From Chrysomallon squamiferum (taxonomy: Eukaryota > Animalia > Mollusca): a DNA stretch of 64,000 bases. Under the pieces are notes generated by a model. That model made no database searches. It saw only the letters and a list, made by a program, of their open reading frames with translations, and was not told the origin of the DNA. Each line of letters starts with the position of its first letter. Within the stretch, counting starts at the first letter, position 1. Shown piece by piece: positions 43,270-59,365 of this stretch. The stretch is taken from NCBI GenBank assembly GCA_012295275.1, contig CM022671.1, forward strand, positions 8,308,001 through 8,372,000, written 5' to 3'. A program made the position numbers and the translations under genes.

Positions 43270-43690
<421 letters not shown>

Positions 43691-44025
43691 TAGCTGCCTG
43701 TCAGATCGTACATCCATTCACCCCGCTGTGTGCTTGTTTAACTCTCTCTCTCACAGTATATATTTAGTTCACAAAGGACTTCTGTTCGTTAGGAATATTT
43801 AATTTAACATGGGCTTTCACTTGCAACTCGATAACGACTCTTGTAATTTGAAAATCTTCGCTCCAACGAGATCTGAAGTTGCAAGCTACGTGTTGTGATT
43901 TTATTACTGTCAGGATGGCTGGAAACGCATACACTGAGCCACTTGACGAAGTGTAGAAACAAAACGTGGAGTCTTGTAATGATATAATGTGTGTCAATCT
44001 ATTTTGTCACTTACATTTAAAACGG

Positions 44026-44057
<32 letters not shown>

Positions 44058-45239
44058 GAATGAAAAATAAAGAAAAGAAAAAAAAAAATTAACAAAAAAA
44101 AACCCATTTCAAGTTCGGATAAAAAAAATATGAGTTCAGAATTTGATTAAACCAATATGTTGTGCTAGGACTTGAATTATTTTAAGTTAAGAACTGAGTA
44201 AAGACTCCAGAATTATCTGGTGTCGGCAGCTGGTTAGTTAACAAGCACGGACCTTAAGGCGGGCATCGAATCTCGTCCTTGACTAACTGGAGAGGTGCAA
44301 GGCCACTTAATCGATCTTTCTCTCTAATTAATCCTTTGACAGTGTCCTGCTTGGACATCACAGTTTCAAGATGTCCACGCGAGAGACGTTGTTTACAGCG
44401 CTCGTGGTGACAATCGTTAACACCTCGACAACTCAAACACAGATTAGACTCAGTGCTGATTAAAAAAGATTACTACTATTTTAAATAATAATTTTCTTTA
44501 ATAACTTCTTATTTACGCATCAGACAAAGCGAGTTTAACTTTATGTTCAGTATTAAATATTAACTTTAAGACGAAGGAATCTGATTTTGACAGATAGTTC
44601 AGCGTTACCGTGTCAGACAGAAAACAGAGTATGACGAAACAGAAATTGACTATTTTTGAGCAGACGAAACTCGGTATTGATCACGTCTGAAATATTAATC
44701 ACGTGCTTTCCGCGTGGCTAATCGCTTGACTGGTTTTCACGTCGAACAAAACGATTGTCGCTAGCTCTCATTAATTGATAATGGAGAAAATAAAAAGACT
44801 TTCTTTTTAAGCGATAACTAAATCAGTTTAAAGCAGTCAAAACAAAACAAAAGTGATTTGATAATTGGCGGGTAAAAACGTTTGATTTGTTGAAATTTGC
44901 TAAAGATGGATTAGTAAAATGACTAACAAGGTGAAAAATACACTAAACACGCTATCACATACCTACATTTACGCTGAAACCTTTTTGTTTTTATATTTTT
45001 TTTTGACTTGCCTACAGTTATCTTTTGATTAGCTAATTATTAAATGTGTGTTTGGATATATTTTCGTTTACTGTATCAAATTTGAAGACGTATTTGAACA
45101 TAACTATGTTAGGCTGTTGAGGAAAGATTATATTTGGGAAATTTGCTTAATAAATTCGTAAGTGTAATAAGTTAATAAACTTATTAATAACGAACACTGT
45201 TCAATAAAAACTGACAGTAATAATAATAATAAAAAAAAA

Positions 45240-45318
<79 letters not shown>

Positions 45319-45410
45319 CACATCGATAAAAAATGTAGGAAACTGCTAACAGTTATTTATTTATTGATGTATTACTCCAAACATAATTATAGAAACTGTT
45401 AACACACAGT

Positions 45411-45482
<72 letters not shown>

Positions 45483-45898
45483 GACAGTATATTATATTTC
45501 AGTTCATTCTGTTCGGACTGCTTACATACAACCATCGTGAGGTTTATAATCGATGTGAAAAGCTCGTTTGCGAGATTTTCTTTTACATGCCATTGTGGCG
45601 ACATTCACAACCACAGTAAATGTCTCAGACACTCGTATTTCTACACTGTAAGTATATGAATAATGCAAAGACTTTTTTTTGTTTGTTTTATATGCCAAAC
45701 TGTAGGAGCGGCTTCTATTAACAGGCTGTAAACAATTTAACCATCGATTTAAGAGACATATTGTGTCAAACGCAGAGGGAAATTAGATATAAACAAAACA
45801 ACACCAACTGAAAAAAGATATGTGACTCATTCTTACAAAACGTATTATTGTTGTTGTTGTTATAATAATAAAAAATAATAATAATAATAATAATAATA

Positions 45899-45930
<32 letters not shown>

Positions 45931-47471
45931 GGTGATGCTGTTATTATTTTTGTTATTGTTACCATTATGTTTAACATTTAAACAAAAATTAAACTCTATG
46001 GGAGAGCATGACAGACAGACAGACAGACAGACAATCAGACAGACAAATAGACACACACAATGAGAAGCAGAGAGACAGAGAGAAAGTCAGACTAACAGAC
46101 GGATGGGCAAATTCAATGATTTAAAAAAATTCTTAAACATTACATCTTTATCAGCCAGAATTCTAGCGATGTATTATAACCATCAGAATTACATTTAAAC
46201 CGCGTACAGGACAATTCCTCATTATAAACGAGGTATTCATACGATGTATGCAGTTCAAAACTGTATTGAGACATTTTGAGTTTGTTCTTGAAGAATACTT
46301 GCTTTTACCGATACTTATTCTTTCAGTGATGTTCTTTAGAAATACTTAGTCTTGTAACAACTACAGTTAGTCGAAAAATATATCTTTATTGTAGTCTGCA
46401 ACGAACTATATAATGATTACATTTATATTTCATTACATACGTATATATATAGAACACAACTGGTCTTTATTTAGATTATAAACTGAAATTATCCACTGAT
46501 GTTGTCACCGTTCGTTAACAGAAATGAAACGGTCTTTATGCGCCTTAATAATTATCTCGGTAGTCGAAATGTCGTATTTACTTGGGAGCAAAGTCACCAT
46601 ATGTATAGCGCGATCGATTTTGTTTGTAAATGTACATGTATATTTTAATATGAAAACAACGTTGACTTCAAGTAGAATATATGATCATTAAACTTAAAAG
46701 TCATGAAAAGGACACATATTATTTTCTGTCCGAGTGTATGTACAAATGCGTGTATGCATTGTGTGTAATGTATGTGTGTGTGTATATATATATACATAAA
46801 CATACATACACACACACACACACATATATATATGTATGTAATGTTTGTTTGTATGTATGTATGTATGTATATAAAGGTCAAATTCTCGCTGAGAAAGAGA
46901 GAAGAAAAAAGACAGAGAGAACGAGAGACAGACAGACAGACAGACAGAGAGAATAAGAGAGACAGCAGAGAGAATGAGAAAAAGACAGAGCGACAGAGAA
47001 AGAAAAATATAAAAATGGAGAATGGAAGTATAGATAAAAAAATGAAAGGAAGAGGGACACTTCAGAATTATAATACACACACATACATTATTTATATCAG
47101 CATATATTATTTGTATGACTGTTTCAGAGACAATGGTGATGACACAGAAGAATCAGAGCAAATCGAAATTCACATTATAATAGCTATGTGTTTACATGCA
47201 GATCATAATCTACGTTATAATGGTTTTGTGTTTTTTTGTTGTTGTAATATGTACGACTCGTTTTCTTGTTTCACTATCATCAGAACTGACACTAGAACCA
47301 ACCAACTGGATCTAATAATAATTTGTATTTATAAATGAACCAAACTCTAAAATATATTTTTTTGTTTGTTTTTGTTGAATAATCTGCAATATGTATTAAA
47401 CATTTATTTATGTTATTACCTTTCTTGAAAAATTAATAATAATAATAATGATAATAATGATGATGATGATG

Positions 47472-47540
<69 letters not shown>

Positions 47541-49578
47541 CACGCTTAGGAGATCAAACAGGATCAAATATGCATAGTGCGTGACTAAATATTTCAGTCC
47601 GTAGATTTTTCAAATTCATATTCTTGCAGACAGCTGGAATATCCCGTCCGCACACACACACACACACAGACAGACAGACAGACAGACTAACGATCAAGAA
47701 AAGTGCAGAAGAACCAGACACCGGAATTAAACTTCACCGCGTTATTGGTCTTCCGGTTTATGTTAAAGACGCAATTAAGCTTCTGACTCTCTGCTTTCAC
47801 AACGCCACCGTCAAAAATAACGGCTCGATTGTGGGAACCATTTTTCTTTTAAGAAAAAGATCTTAGTATGTTTTTGTTTTTAAAAAAAAAAAGAATCGGT
47901 TCAGCGGTCGGCAGGAGAGAAAGTGGGTGAAAGCTGTTTGACAGGAGCTGAAGATGACACGTGTTCAACGTACTGAAGCAGTCAGTTAGGGAATTAAATG
48001 ACACGTAATTGACACCAAGGGTGATTTAGACGGCGGATTTAAACTTCTATAAGTACACGTTGTCGAACTGGCTGGGCCGAAAGATCGATCCGAGTTGTTC
48101 AGATATTTTCTTTACGGCCAACGTGTGTGTGATAAATATTATTTTGATAAATTCGAAATTATTGCACGGGATTTTGTGTTTTGCCGTGGAATACTAGGCT
48201 GTGTTATGTTGTCGTATGGTTATACATTCTGTTCTGTCATATCATTTCGTATCAGACAAATCAGATTATATCATATCATGGCACATGTCTTGACATATTA
48301 TATGTCATGTCATTTCATATGTCATGTCGTTGTGATATGACATACCGTATCATATCATATCATACAATATCGTATCACATAATATATAATTTTATATATT
48401 ATATTATTTACCTTTTATATTTCCATTGCATTTAAGAGAATAACTAAGGGTAACTATGTAATTAATGACTAAACATTTACATGCTATAAACACTTAGGTC
48501 AGTTAGTATTTGAAGGTCGTTTATATTTTCGTAACTTCGTGATATGGTTCGTTAATAAAATGTAGTTTATTCCCTTCATATTATTATTATAAAAACGATA
48601 AGTACTTGGTATACTCATATAAATGTCTGTCCATCAAAAATAACCTAAGTGAAATAAAAAAGTTCAGTTCAAATATAATTACGTCTATTTTGTTTGATAT
48701 ATTTCGTACCTGACAGTGGTCTGGGCATTTAAATGTCTGTGTCCATATAAGAGAAAAAACAGATAAATGACACTTTAATGATAGTTTACATCTATTGCTA
48801 ATTTTATACCTTAAGCAGCTGTTGTTTTCCTTGTTTTAATTTGTGAATAAATTTAAAACAAATTATCTTTCGGAGCATAATAAATGAATGTTTACTGGAA
48901 TGGATAGCCACACGCACCAGTCTTTAGCATCTAATATCACATTCTGACGGAGTATTTAGATTCTGATGATAGAACAGAAGCGTTTCAGAAACTGACCGTT
49001 CGTGTACGCTTGACGTGGACCTTGTTTTCAGCAAAGAAGTGTCTTTATGCAGCTAGTTAAGATAACAAATTAGATGAAGGTGGTTTTGTGAAATGATAAC
49101 CGTTTTAAACAAATTTTGTTTGTGGGTCCTTTTGGCTGTTTGTTAGAATTAAATAATGAATCACGCACATAGATGTATGTTTTGAAGGAAGCTAAACATT
49201 TTTATAAAATCAGTAGGTCTATCTACACCACACACACACCTACACACATTAGATATCATCTGTTTGACAGCTGTTAATTCGTGAATAAAAAGCACGTGGA
49301 TATGTTTAGTTTTTAGTGTTAATGCTGACATTCACTGGATCCATGTATTTACATACCAAGTTCAGTTATACTTAATTCGTCTAAAGGTCTCCTGATCAGA
49401 ACGGTTATGAGGCTGTAACGGTCGCCACAAATCCCCTCCAAAGTATTTCTTTCTTTGAATGAGAACGATCTCCTGTCTATAAAGGCCAGCGTTCACTATT
49501 TTTCATGGAAAATCGACAGCTGAACCTTCTATAACGGCCAGAGTATTTCAAAATTTTAACCGTTATACACACGTTTGA

Positions 49579-49690
<112 letters not shown>

Positions 49691-49904
49691 AAGAGAGAGA
49701 GAGAGAGAGAGGTGTATATTAATAAAATAATATTTATATATGAAGAATCGAAGATAACAGGTTTAATACCTGTCACTGTAAGCTTACGGTCCTGAGAGAA
49801 GTGAGATTATTTTAGACAGTAAAAATCAAACACTGACACATTTCCAAGGACAGTGAAGTTCACCTTGCGATGTGCATTATTGTGCATCCACTTCTAATAA
49901 CACG

Positions 49905-50100
49905 ACTCATCTCTAACAATACCACCCACCACTAATAACACCTTACATCTCTCGTATAACAGCATCAACCCCTAATAAGACCCACCCACCTTTAATAAGA
50001 TCATCCCCACTAATAGCACCACCCACCACTAATAACAACACTACCCAGTTCTAATAACACCATCCACCCGCTAAAATTATCATCCACAGCAAATAAGACC
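49905..50100. repeat. Degenerate ~20-bp C-rich minisatellite (CACCACCCACCACTAATAA)
   Basis: About 9 imperfect copies ending in CTAATAA(C/G)A. Confidence 0.75.
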
Positions 50101-50411
50101 ATGCAACTTTCTATACATTTCTAGAAATATTTACAATGACTAATATCAGCTGACATATATTTTATCGGATGATGATCTACCGTAATAACAAAAAAGGTCA
50201 ACATAAGAATATGAAATATGAAACAAAAAGCCCGCGATTGTGAAGCTGTAATGAGAATATGTAATCCACTTTACGAACCTCTGGGACCTTTTCACAAAAC
50301 ATTAAAAAGGTCCATACATGAAATGCATTCCAAAACATTCAAAAAGCTACGAGTTAAATAAATAAAATGTTAAATTTTGTTTTTTAATAATAATGAAAAA
50401 AAAACACTGAC

Positions 50412-50504
50412 CTGTGACGATACAAAACCGGCCGGATTGTCATATCCAAATCCAGCGTTTTCGGGCCTGAATTCTTTAGTAACCCATCGCGTGCATCCGT
50501 CCAT
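50412..50504 (-). CDS. Rolling stone-like exon 1 (MDGCTRWVTKEFRPENAGFGYDNPAGFVSSQ)
   Basis: ATG at 50504, with an in-frame TAG ~17 codons upstream. Donor CAG|GTCAGT at 50412/50411. Joins exon 2 to give the family-typical ...SQW. Confidence 0.85.
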
Positions 50505-50561
50505 CCTTTCTTCAACTTTCGCCTCAGTTTCTCCGACGATGGGAGGGCGACACTAGCAGAC

Positions 50562-50567
50562 GACTGA
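50562..50567 (-). promoter_or_regulatory. Candidate initiator (TCAGTC) of the rolling stone-like gene
   Basis: Matches the invertebrate Inr consensus TCAKTY ~60 nt upstream of the ATG, inside a locally GC/CpG-richer island (50420-50770). Motif match only. Confidence 0.3.
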
Positions 50568-52232
50568 TATTGGCTGCGACAGCTCTCTGTCTGTCTGTCT
50601 CTCTGTCTCTCGCTCGCTCGCTCGCTCTCTCAATGTGTGTGTATTATAGCCTGTGTGTACCGGCTTGGGAGAAACAATTCCGAACCTAGTTGTTTCCCCA
50701 GCAGAGCATACAACACTGGATAAAATCCAATACTGCTGGTATTATTCACGCATTGACCGTACGCTCCCAGCAATCGATATGCAGGAACAAATTATTATAT
50801 CCAGAATCATTCAAATCTGAGAGAGTCGATTGTGTCACGTCTAGAAATTGTGTTAGTGTCTAATTCAATGAGTGAAAAAACCCCAAAACAGGTGGAGTTT
50901 TCGTCTTAATTAATGAACAAAATAGCGACTCAATTATTAAAACATAAACAGCGGCTGTTTGACATAGCAAATTGTTTCGAGTAGATGAAATCATTTGGAG
51001 ACAATCATTAATACTGAAATAACAGACAAATATTTGTTGTTGGTGGTTTTTTTTACAATCTAATTTAAAATGAAATAAAGAAACTTGAGTATCTGTCTAA
51101 ACAGAACATAACACTGAAATGTCGTTTCTGGAGCGACAGATTCCAGGATCGATGCACCTAGGCCGACTCTGTGAGTTACGTAATACAAATCTTCCAACCA
51201 GAGTGCGCGTTTCGAAATAATTCCTCATGCAACAGATGTCAATGTAAATGAATGAATTAATTAGTGAAGAAAAAACAAGAAGCGTATAAATGAATTACGT
51301 GCACAAATATAATATCTTTCCACTAGGTTTTATGAATAAATTAACGATGATACAGGAAGAATTAAGTAAAGAGAATATGACAGCGTAAGAAAGTTCATGT
51401 GCGCAGATTATTATATTCATTTCCCTTTTTTTTTTTTTTTTTTTAAATGTCTTGTTTAAACTTATCTTAATTTACACGGTAGGTATGTATTAACTGAAAA
51501 CATTTTTCATCTTCCAAAGTATCATTTAATTATTAAATATGGACTAAACTTTGCTAATAAAAAAAAAAAAAAAAAAAAAGAAGATAAATTAAATTATATT
51601 AATATATGCCATGCGGGAACAATGTGGCTGTCACAACTATTCCGTTTTTGCTCGACAGCCAGTTAAACTCTCGTGACGTCACTTCGTTGATGGAAATAGT
51701 AAGCAAAATTACAAAGAAATAGACACATGCATTTTCTCGAAACAGTTTGTAAATGCAGTGAATTCAGAATGACTGTTCATTTATAAACAGCTTTTGGCAC
51801 ATTCAGCATGATTAGAATTATTTTTCTGTCACAGTAATACAATAAGTGCAGCAGCTGTTCAAATCCCAACCTACGACATGACGTCATTTTTGTCTGTTCA
51901 CTCAATTACACAAACGCGATTACTTGTATATTTCCTCACTGAAATTATATCTAAACACACACAAAAAAATCGATTCTGATATATTTATTAAATAAATAAT
52001 AATATTATTAATTTGAATTCATTCTGATGTAATTTCGCATTGCATATTATTTTGCAGTATCGGTTTCGATTGAGCAGTACAGTAGAATTTACATGAACAA
52101 ATTTAATATGTATGAACTAAGAATAATTTAGTAAACTTTTTGTACTGAAACCAAGCTATGTCGTATTGTGTAACAGTTAGTAGCAGGGGACATAATTATA
52201 TATTTGTCGCAAATAATAAATAAATAAACAAA

Positions 52233-52276
<44 letters not shown>

Positions 52277-52283
52277 AATGTTA

Positions 52284-52324
<41 letters not shown>

Positions 52325-52328
52325 GTTA

Positions 52329-52363
<35 letters not shown>

Positions 52364-55086
52364 TATTATTATTTAGCCTGTAATTAAAACATATTAAAAC
52401 ATTCAGATATATATCATGCAAACCAACAACCAGCTGATCATTACAGAACGTAATCTGCATTTCGGCTTTTCAGCTTCATAACAGTCGAATCATCTAAAAT
52501 ATTACAATATTTACATTTAGAACTCACTACTAATTATTTTATTTTACTGTGAAAGTGACTCAAAGACAACGCCAAGGATCATGACTTTGATTTTACTAAA
52601 TGCCGAGATAAACTAAATATAATAATTATATTATACATGTAAACTAAATATAATAATTATATTATACATGTAAACTAAATTAATAATTATATTATATTAT
52701 GTAGTCATATTTACAAATTATAATTACGCAGGCGGCCACGTAATATTAGGCAGAAAAATAAAAACTGTATCCCTTAAATATTTTATTATAAAGATTAATG
52801 TTTCTAAAATCCGTATTGTTGAAAAATAAACATCACTAACTAAAAATAATGGAACAGATAATGAATCTCCTACTTGTATTATCTTGTTACACATTAAGCA
52901 TTAATAATTAATAATTATATAAACAAAAAATAATGTCTTTCTCTTTGTCTACCTTTAATAAACTTTTAATAAATATTTCAGTAACCTCGGAATAATACGC
53001 TGAAATATAAAATTTATCACCAAATCCGCTAACACCCAGATATATGCATTGTTTTACATTTTCCAAATAAAGTTAAATTTTACATACTATGTTAGATGTC
53101 CTTTCTTTTATATTCTGAATGTAAAATTTCTAAAATATTGTATATTTAGACTGAAATTGAATTTCATTACGTAACTGATAACTGTTCATATGAAACAGTT
53201 TCACATAACAAACGTATTCTGATCACTCTGTTTATAATCACACACCTTGGAATTGTTTGGGATACCGTACCCCCCCCACCCCACGCATAATTACAGCTGT
53301 GCACATTAATTAAGAATAATTTAAATAATTCATAATCAAGAGTATATATTACTTCTGTTATTCAGATGCATTTAATCCCTGTTATCTCTCACTGGAAAAT
53401 ATAAAAGAATAGGAAAACACAGCAGTAACAGAAAATACAACAGCAGTGAACAATGAACAACATAGTACAGTAAATAGATATCTTGAATTGAGCATTAATT
53501 TCCAAAAATATATTTTGTCGAGATATTTTGTCGTTATTATTATTATTATTGTTTTATTATTGTTATTATTATTATTTTTTTTTTCATTTTATTTCATTTG
53601 AGACAGTTAAAATTATTTAAAATATTTTTAAAAAATAAACTGACATTGATGAATTTCTAATTTCATAATAGATCGTCAGATGTCTTTTGTTACTTTATAT
53701 TTATTTATTTATTTTTTATTTGTTTATTTGTTTATCTATGTGTGCATGAGTGCATGTGTTTGTTTTGTTTTGTTTGTTTGTTTATTTAGGTGTGCATGAG
53801 TGCATGTGTTTGTTTGTTTGTTTGTTTGTTTATTCTTTCTTTCGTTTATTATCTGGTTCCTAATTTTTAAATCAATATTCTGATTTTGTTTTCATACAGA
53901 AGCTGTTGTCTGGATTAGGAAATGAAGTAACGGTAGACTGATTCAAACCAAAAACAGGATGAAAATCTTTCTTTGTCTGTAGTTTTTTTTCCTAGATACG
54001 TTTTGCTTGAACTGATTTGACGTGAAATATATATTTGTCTTGGCCTTGCAGTTTACTGTTGTTGTTGTTGTTGTTATTATTGTTATTATTATTGTTGTTA
54101 TTGATATTGTTATTGTTGTTATTATTCACAGTGCATGCATGTTTGAGAATAGAGTACACACATTCATATAATCGGTTTAGTTAATTATAGAACTCTGTCT
54201 CTTTCTCTCTCTACTTTCGCTTTCTCTGTCTCTGTGTGTGTGTGTGTGTGTCTCTCTGTCTCCCTCTGTCTCTCAAAAACGTAATATACTTAACAAAAGA
54301 GCATACAATATACACAAAAGCAAAAAGTAACACCTTAAACTGATTGTTCTTTACCTAATTAATATAATTAAATAACAGCTGGTTAAAACGTATTTAACAA
54401 GAATACAAATAAGAATACATTATGATTAATATAAGAACATAATTTCTATTCAGTTTAATTATTCTTGTTTAACTTATGTTTATTTAACTATTATATTATC
54501 ATATTTTATTTAACAAGACTTTTTTAAATAAATAGATTATCAGATAAATAAAACAATAAAATAATAAATAAATAAATAACAGATAAATAAATAAAAAAAT
54601 AAATAAAAAAATAAATAAATAAATAAATAAAAAAATAAATAAATAAATAAATAAAAAAATAAATAAATAAAAGAAATATAATAGTTTGAAAGAAAAAGTA
54701 ATATATACATAAATAAAATATTCAAGAAATATGTGTATATGAGTCACTTATTTTTTCCCATTTTCATTTTATTGTTGTTGTTGTTGTTATTATTACATTT
54801 GTACGCGTCATTAAACATTTTTAATTTTAATAATTTTCAATTTTTTTTAAAATTGTTGTTTTTGTTGTTGTTGGTATTATTATCGTTACCTTTTTATTCG
54901 TTTTGTGTCGAAATGCACATTTTAATTTCAATTACTGAATATTTAAATCAGAATAATTACAGTTTATTTATTTATTAATTTTTGTTTATACTGACGTATC
55001 GTTAATCCTCCTGCTGCTGCAGTAGTAGTAGTAGTAGTAGTTGTTGATATCATCATCATCATCATCATCATGCCTTCTTTTAATTC

Positions 55087-55117
<31 letters not shown>

Positions 55118-55950
55118 TGAACGTGAAAGGGCAGTAACTAAGAAGGAAATACGTTTGAGTGTTTGAAAAGAGTTATCTATCGTTTTTAGTGAATGCCATG
55201 TTTAAAAATGCAGTTAACACACAGACATACAAACTCATACTTAACGTTCACAGTTATAAAAGAATGCAAGAACAACAAAAAAAACAACAAAAAAAAAAAA
55301 AAAAATGCAAAACCAAAAATAAACAACAAAAACAACAGTAATAATGAAATAAATATACAATAAAACAAACTGTGAGCACACGCTTTGAGTTTTTCTTAAA
55401 CAGTTGCGATTTAGAACTTCAGTGTCAATATGGCGAACTGCTTTTACCCTATATTAAGATTTATCCTAACATTTTTAAAATATTAATTCTATTTACTTTG
55501 GTTATATGTATTTGTAGGAAGAGAAAATAATAATAATAAAAAAAACAATAATAGTAATTTAAACAACAACAGTAACAGAAAATAATAACAGCAGCAACAA
55601 CAATAATATTCATATTTTACAAATTATTGCACGCTAAGAATGTTTTATAAAATTTAATATGATAAATAACAAAAGATTTCCCAGACGTTTCTATGAAATT
55701 ACGTTTTCTGCATATCACATTAACAAATGTGTAACTGTTACTCAAACGCCAGAATCAATCAAGATCACATTAACGAAATTAACCTCTAAGGGAGATAACT
55801 GTCGTTATCATGTATTTAAATAATTTCATTTAAAGTAAAAAAAAAAAAAAAAAAAAAATCAGAAATATCTATCAGCGAAAAAAAAAAAAAAATGAGATAA
55901 ATAAATATTTGATGATGATGAAAAACTAAATGATATTTTAATAATATATA

Positions 55951-55988
<38 letters not shown>

Positions 55989-56176
55989 CGAACAAAATAT
56001 CGTTACATCGACTGCAGGAATATATAAGAATAAAGGAGAAAAATCCCTTCAAGACTGAGTAAAACAGAAATATTTTTAAATAGGATTTCACATCAAATTA
56101 TTGAGGTAATATTAAGTTATTTTAAAATCAGAGTCAGACTGCTTAAAAAAAAATCATAAATAATAATTCAGGACAA

Positions 56177-56240
<64 letters not shown>

Positions 56241-56833
56241 GCAACAACCACAATAACAACAACAATAATGATAATAATAAATAATAATAATTAATGATTA
56301 ATAATTATAATCATAATAATAGAAATTGTAATAATAATAAAATAATAGTACAAATAATAATAGCAATAGCAATAATAATAATAATAGTAATAATAATAAT
56401 AGTAGTAGTAGTAATAATAAAAATAATATAAAATAAAATAATAAATAATAATAATAATAAGAAGAAGAAGAAGAATAATAAGAAGAATAATAATTAGTGT
56501 AAACATCTTGGAATTTGTTTCTTGTTTTGCTTCTCTTTGTTCACCTTCTTTTCTTCTTCTTCTTCTTTTTCTCCCCCCCCCCACCCTTTTTTTGTTTTAA
56601 TGTTGGTGTAATTGTTGCTGCTGTGTTTACTTCTGTGGTATGTATTAAACAAACAAAACAAACAAAACAAAAAAAAAAAAAAAAAAAAAAAAAAACCTCT
56701 AAAACAAAAAGTCGTACATATATTTAATACTTTGCTTCATGTTAAAACTTATGCTTGACAGAACTTTTTATTAATAACGATGAAGACAACAACACCGCCA
56801 CCACCATCAACAAAAACAACAACAATAAAAACA

Positions 56834-56871
<38 letters not shown>

Positions 56872-57629
56872 TATTATTATTATTATTATTATTATAAAAA
56901 AAAAAAAAAAAAATTAAACGAAAAAAAAAATTTAATAATAATCATCAGTACAAGTATGAATTGGAAAACACAACCGGTCTCCAACCAAAACCGGTTTCAG
57001 TTGACCATCCACACCTGTAACATAAACAACCGCCGCAAAAAGGCTATAATTAGACTGGTGCAGACGTCACGGGATAACCACGCATGACTTGCCGTGTTTG
57101 TCGCTCGTGGATGAAAACAAGCCATCGATCACCGAAACACTGCAAAGAATGAACACGATGTGATGTGAACGTAAAAAAAGGGAGAAGCTGGAATGAGACT
57201 GAAGCTGTTTAACATCTTTTGGAGACCAATTTTCGAACATACAGGTGAGAAAAATACGTCCAAAATGTCTCCTTCCCGTCGACCAATAGGTCGTTAGTAT
57301 TAAACACAGGGGAAAAAAAAAATATATATGTTTCACGCCTCAAGGATTAACTGGAACGACGCGTATCAACTGAACGTTGTTTTATATTTGGCGTTTCGTT
57401 GAGCACTTTTCGTTGTAACCTGTTTGCTGTCGAATGCTCAACTCCTCTGATTGCAGAAAACTGTCACACATATTTACTCGTACCGTTGCCTGGGAATAGG
57501 TAAGACTGTTAATGAATCGTGAAATTAATTATTTAGTCAGAAAGCTATTACTATTAGCAATTGATTTTCTCCTTCAAAGTTAATGCGATTTGTTGGTAAT
57601 TTAAACAGTATTTTCTTGGTTTAGACCCA

Positions 57630-57719
<90 letters not shown>

Positions 57720-57728
57720 CTCTCTATC

Positions 57729-57779
<51 letters not shown>

Positions 57780-57788
57780 CTCTCTATC

Positions 57789-57849
<61 letters not shown>

Positions 57850-58322
57850 ACTTCATTCTCTACCTCTCTCTTCTTCTTCTTTCTCTCTCTGTACGTATTT
57901 ATAAACCTCAGTGTAATATGATTTTAGATTTAAAATCGCATTAGTAACATTAGTAACAAAGGCTCTGTTATAATCATATAATGAAAAATAACGAAAATCC
58001 TCAAGAAATGTAACGGGTCAAATGGGTTTTCGTATGTATCGTTTTTTTTCTTTTTATTTTTAAATAATTCAAAAATGTTTAACCTTTATAACACGTTTCT
58101 CTAACAATTAAGCCCTATAAAAATATATTTAAAAAAAAAAAATTCCAACTGTCACACTGTTATTATGAAATTTAATTACTGACATCTACTAACCACTAAT
58201 ACACAAATATCTTTAGGTGTCAAAAACCTGCACTTTATCAGTTTAAGCTGTTTATTGTGTGTGTGTAACGTATTAAAGAAACTGATATACATTATACGTT
58301 TATCGTAAGGAAAAAAAAAAGA

Positions 58323-58353
<31 letters not shown>

Positions 58354-59044
58354 TGAATTGCTTTGTATTAAGAGGATGACACAAACCAGAGATCTGAAAT
58401 GTATACAAATAATGAACGTAATTGCTTTTCCTTAATCATTCTTTTGCGTTTTAAGAAGAGCTGCGTTTCTCTTTTAAGTTTGGTTTCAGCTCTGTAAACT
58501 CAGTTGACGTATGACTTTTTATGTTCCTTACATCAGCTGATTGTGAAAATAATCTCCTTTACCGTAAATAACACATGTACTTACGGCTTTGTAATGGTTG
58601 TTCTTCCCAAATCTGGATATTGTTGTGTTACTGATATTAGTAATGGCAGTTTCAATTCTTTTGATTCCACTGTTTGTGTACGCTTTTTTTTTACGTAATA
58701 ATTAATTTTAATGAAATATCTGCAGATTTCAAACTGAATAATTTACGTCAAAGAAATCTCTACGTTTGATACAGTTCATCATTGTCCTCTGTATTCAATT
58801 ACTGTATCTTATTATTCTGCATTGTACTTTAACGAGGCTGTCTGCAAAAATTAATGTAAGATCGTTATAAGTTAATAATCAAACAGCTTGAAGGGAATAA
58901 CAAGATAGCTTGAAGGAAGTAATAAAATATTTAGCATTGTTACGTGTCGTTTGCCAGGCTTCATGAAATTTTTATATTTATTTTACAGCCACTGATAGAC
59001 AAAAAACTGAACAATTTCTCCTTCTTCTTTCTCTGTCGTTTGAT

Positions 59045-59291
59045 CCGATTTAGCTTAGTGGTTAGAGTTATGGCTTGAGGCTCATTTTTGTCGCAGGACT
59101 GATTCTGTTTTGTCGTCCGCTGGTTTATCAAAGCTTAGTTTCCTCTCTGTGGGAAGGTACATATGATATATACTTTATTGCTAAAAAGAATAGCCAATCA
59201 CGCAGGAGTATCGGGTTTCTTGTATGATTCTTGTAACATATAGAATCAGATTACAAATGAGTGCGCAGTTAAATAAAGCATTATTTCTTTC
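59045..59291 (+). mobile_element. Degenerate tRNA-derived SINE
   Basis: Pol III A-box match TAGCTTAGTGG (59051-59061), a decayed B-box-like GCAGGACTGATTC, and a 3' end TGAGTGCGCAGTTAAATAAAGCATT followed by a short simple tail. Resembles gastropod SINEs from recall; not searched. Confidence 0.55.
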
Positions 59292-59325
59292 TGATTGTAT
59301 TTTACTATTCTTTTTAATTTTTAAA

Positions 59326-59365
<40 letters not shown>

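Noticed and set aside
59051-59110. tRNA gene
   Set aside because: A-box present but no cloverleaf or intact B-box; better explained as a decayed SINE head.
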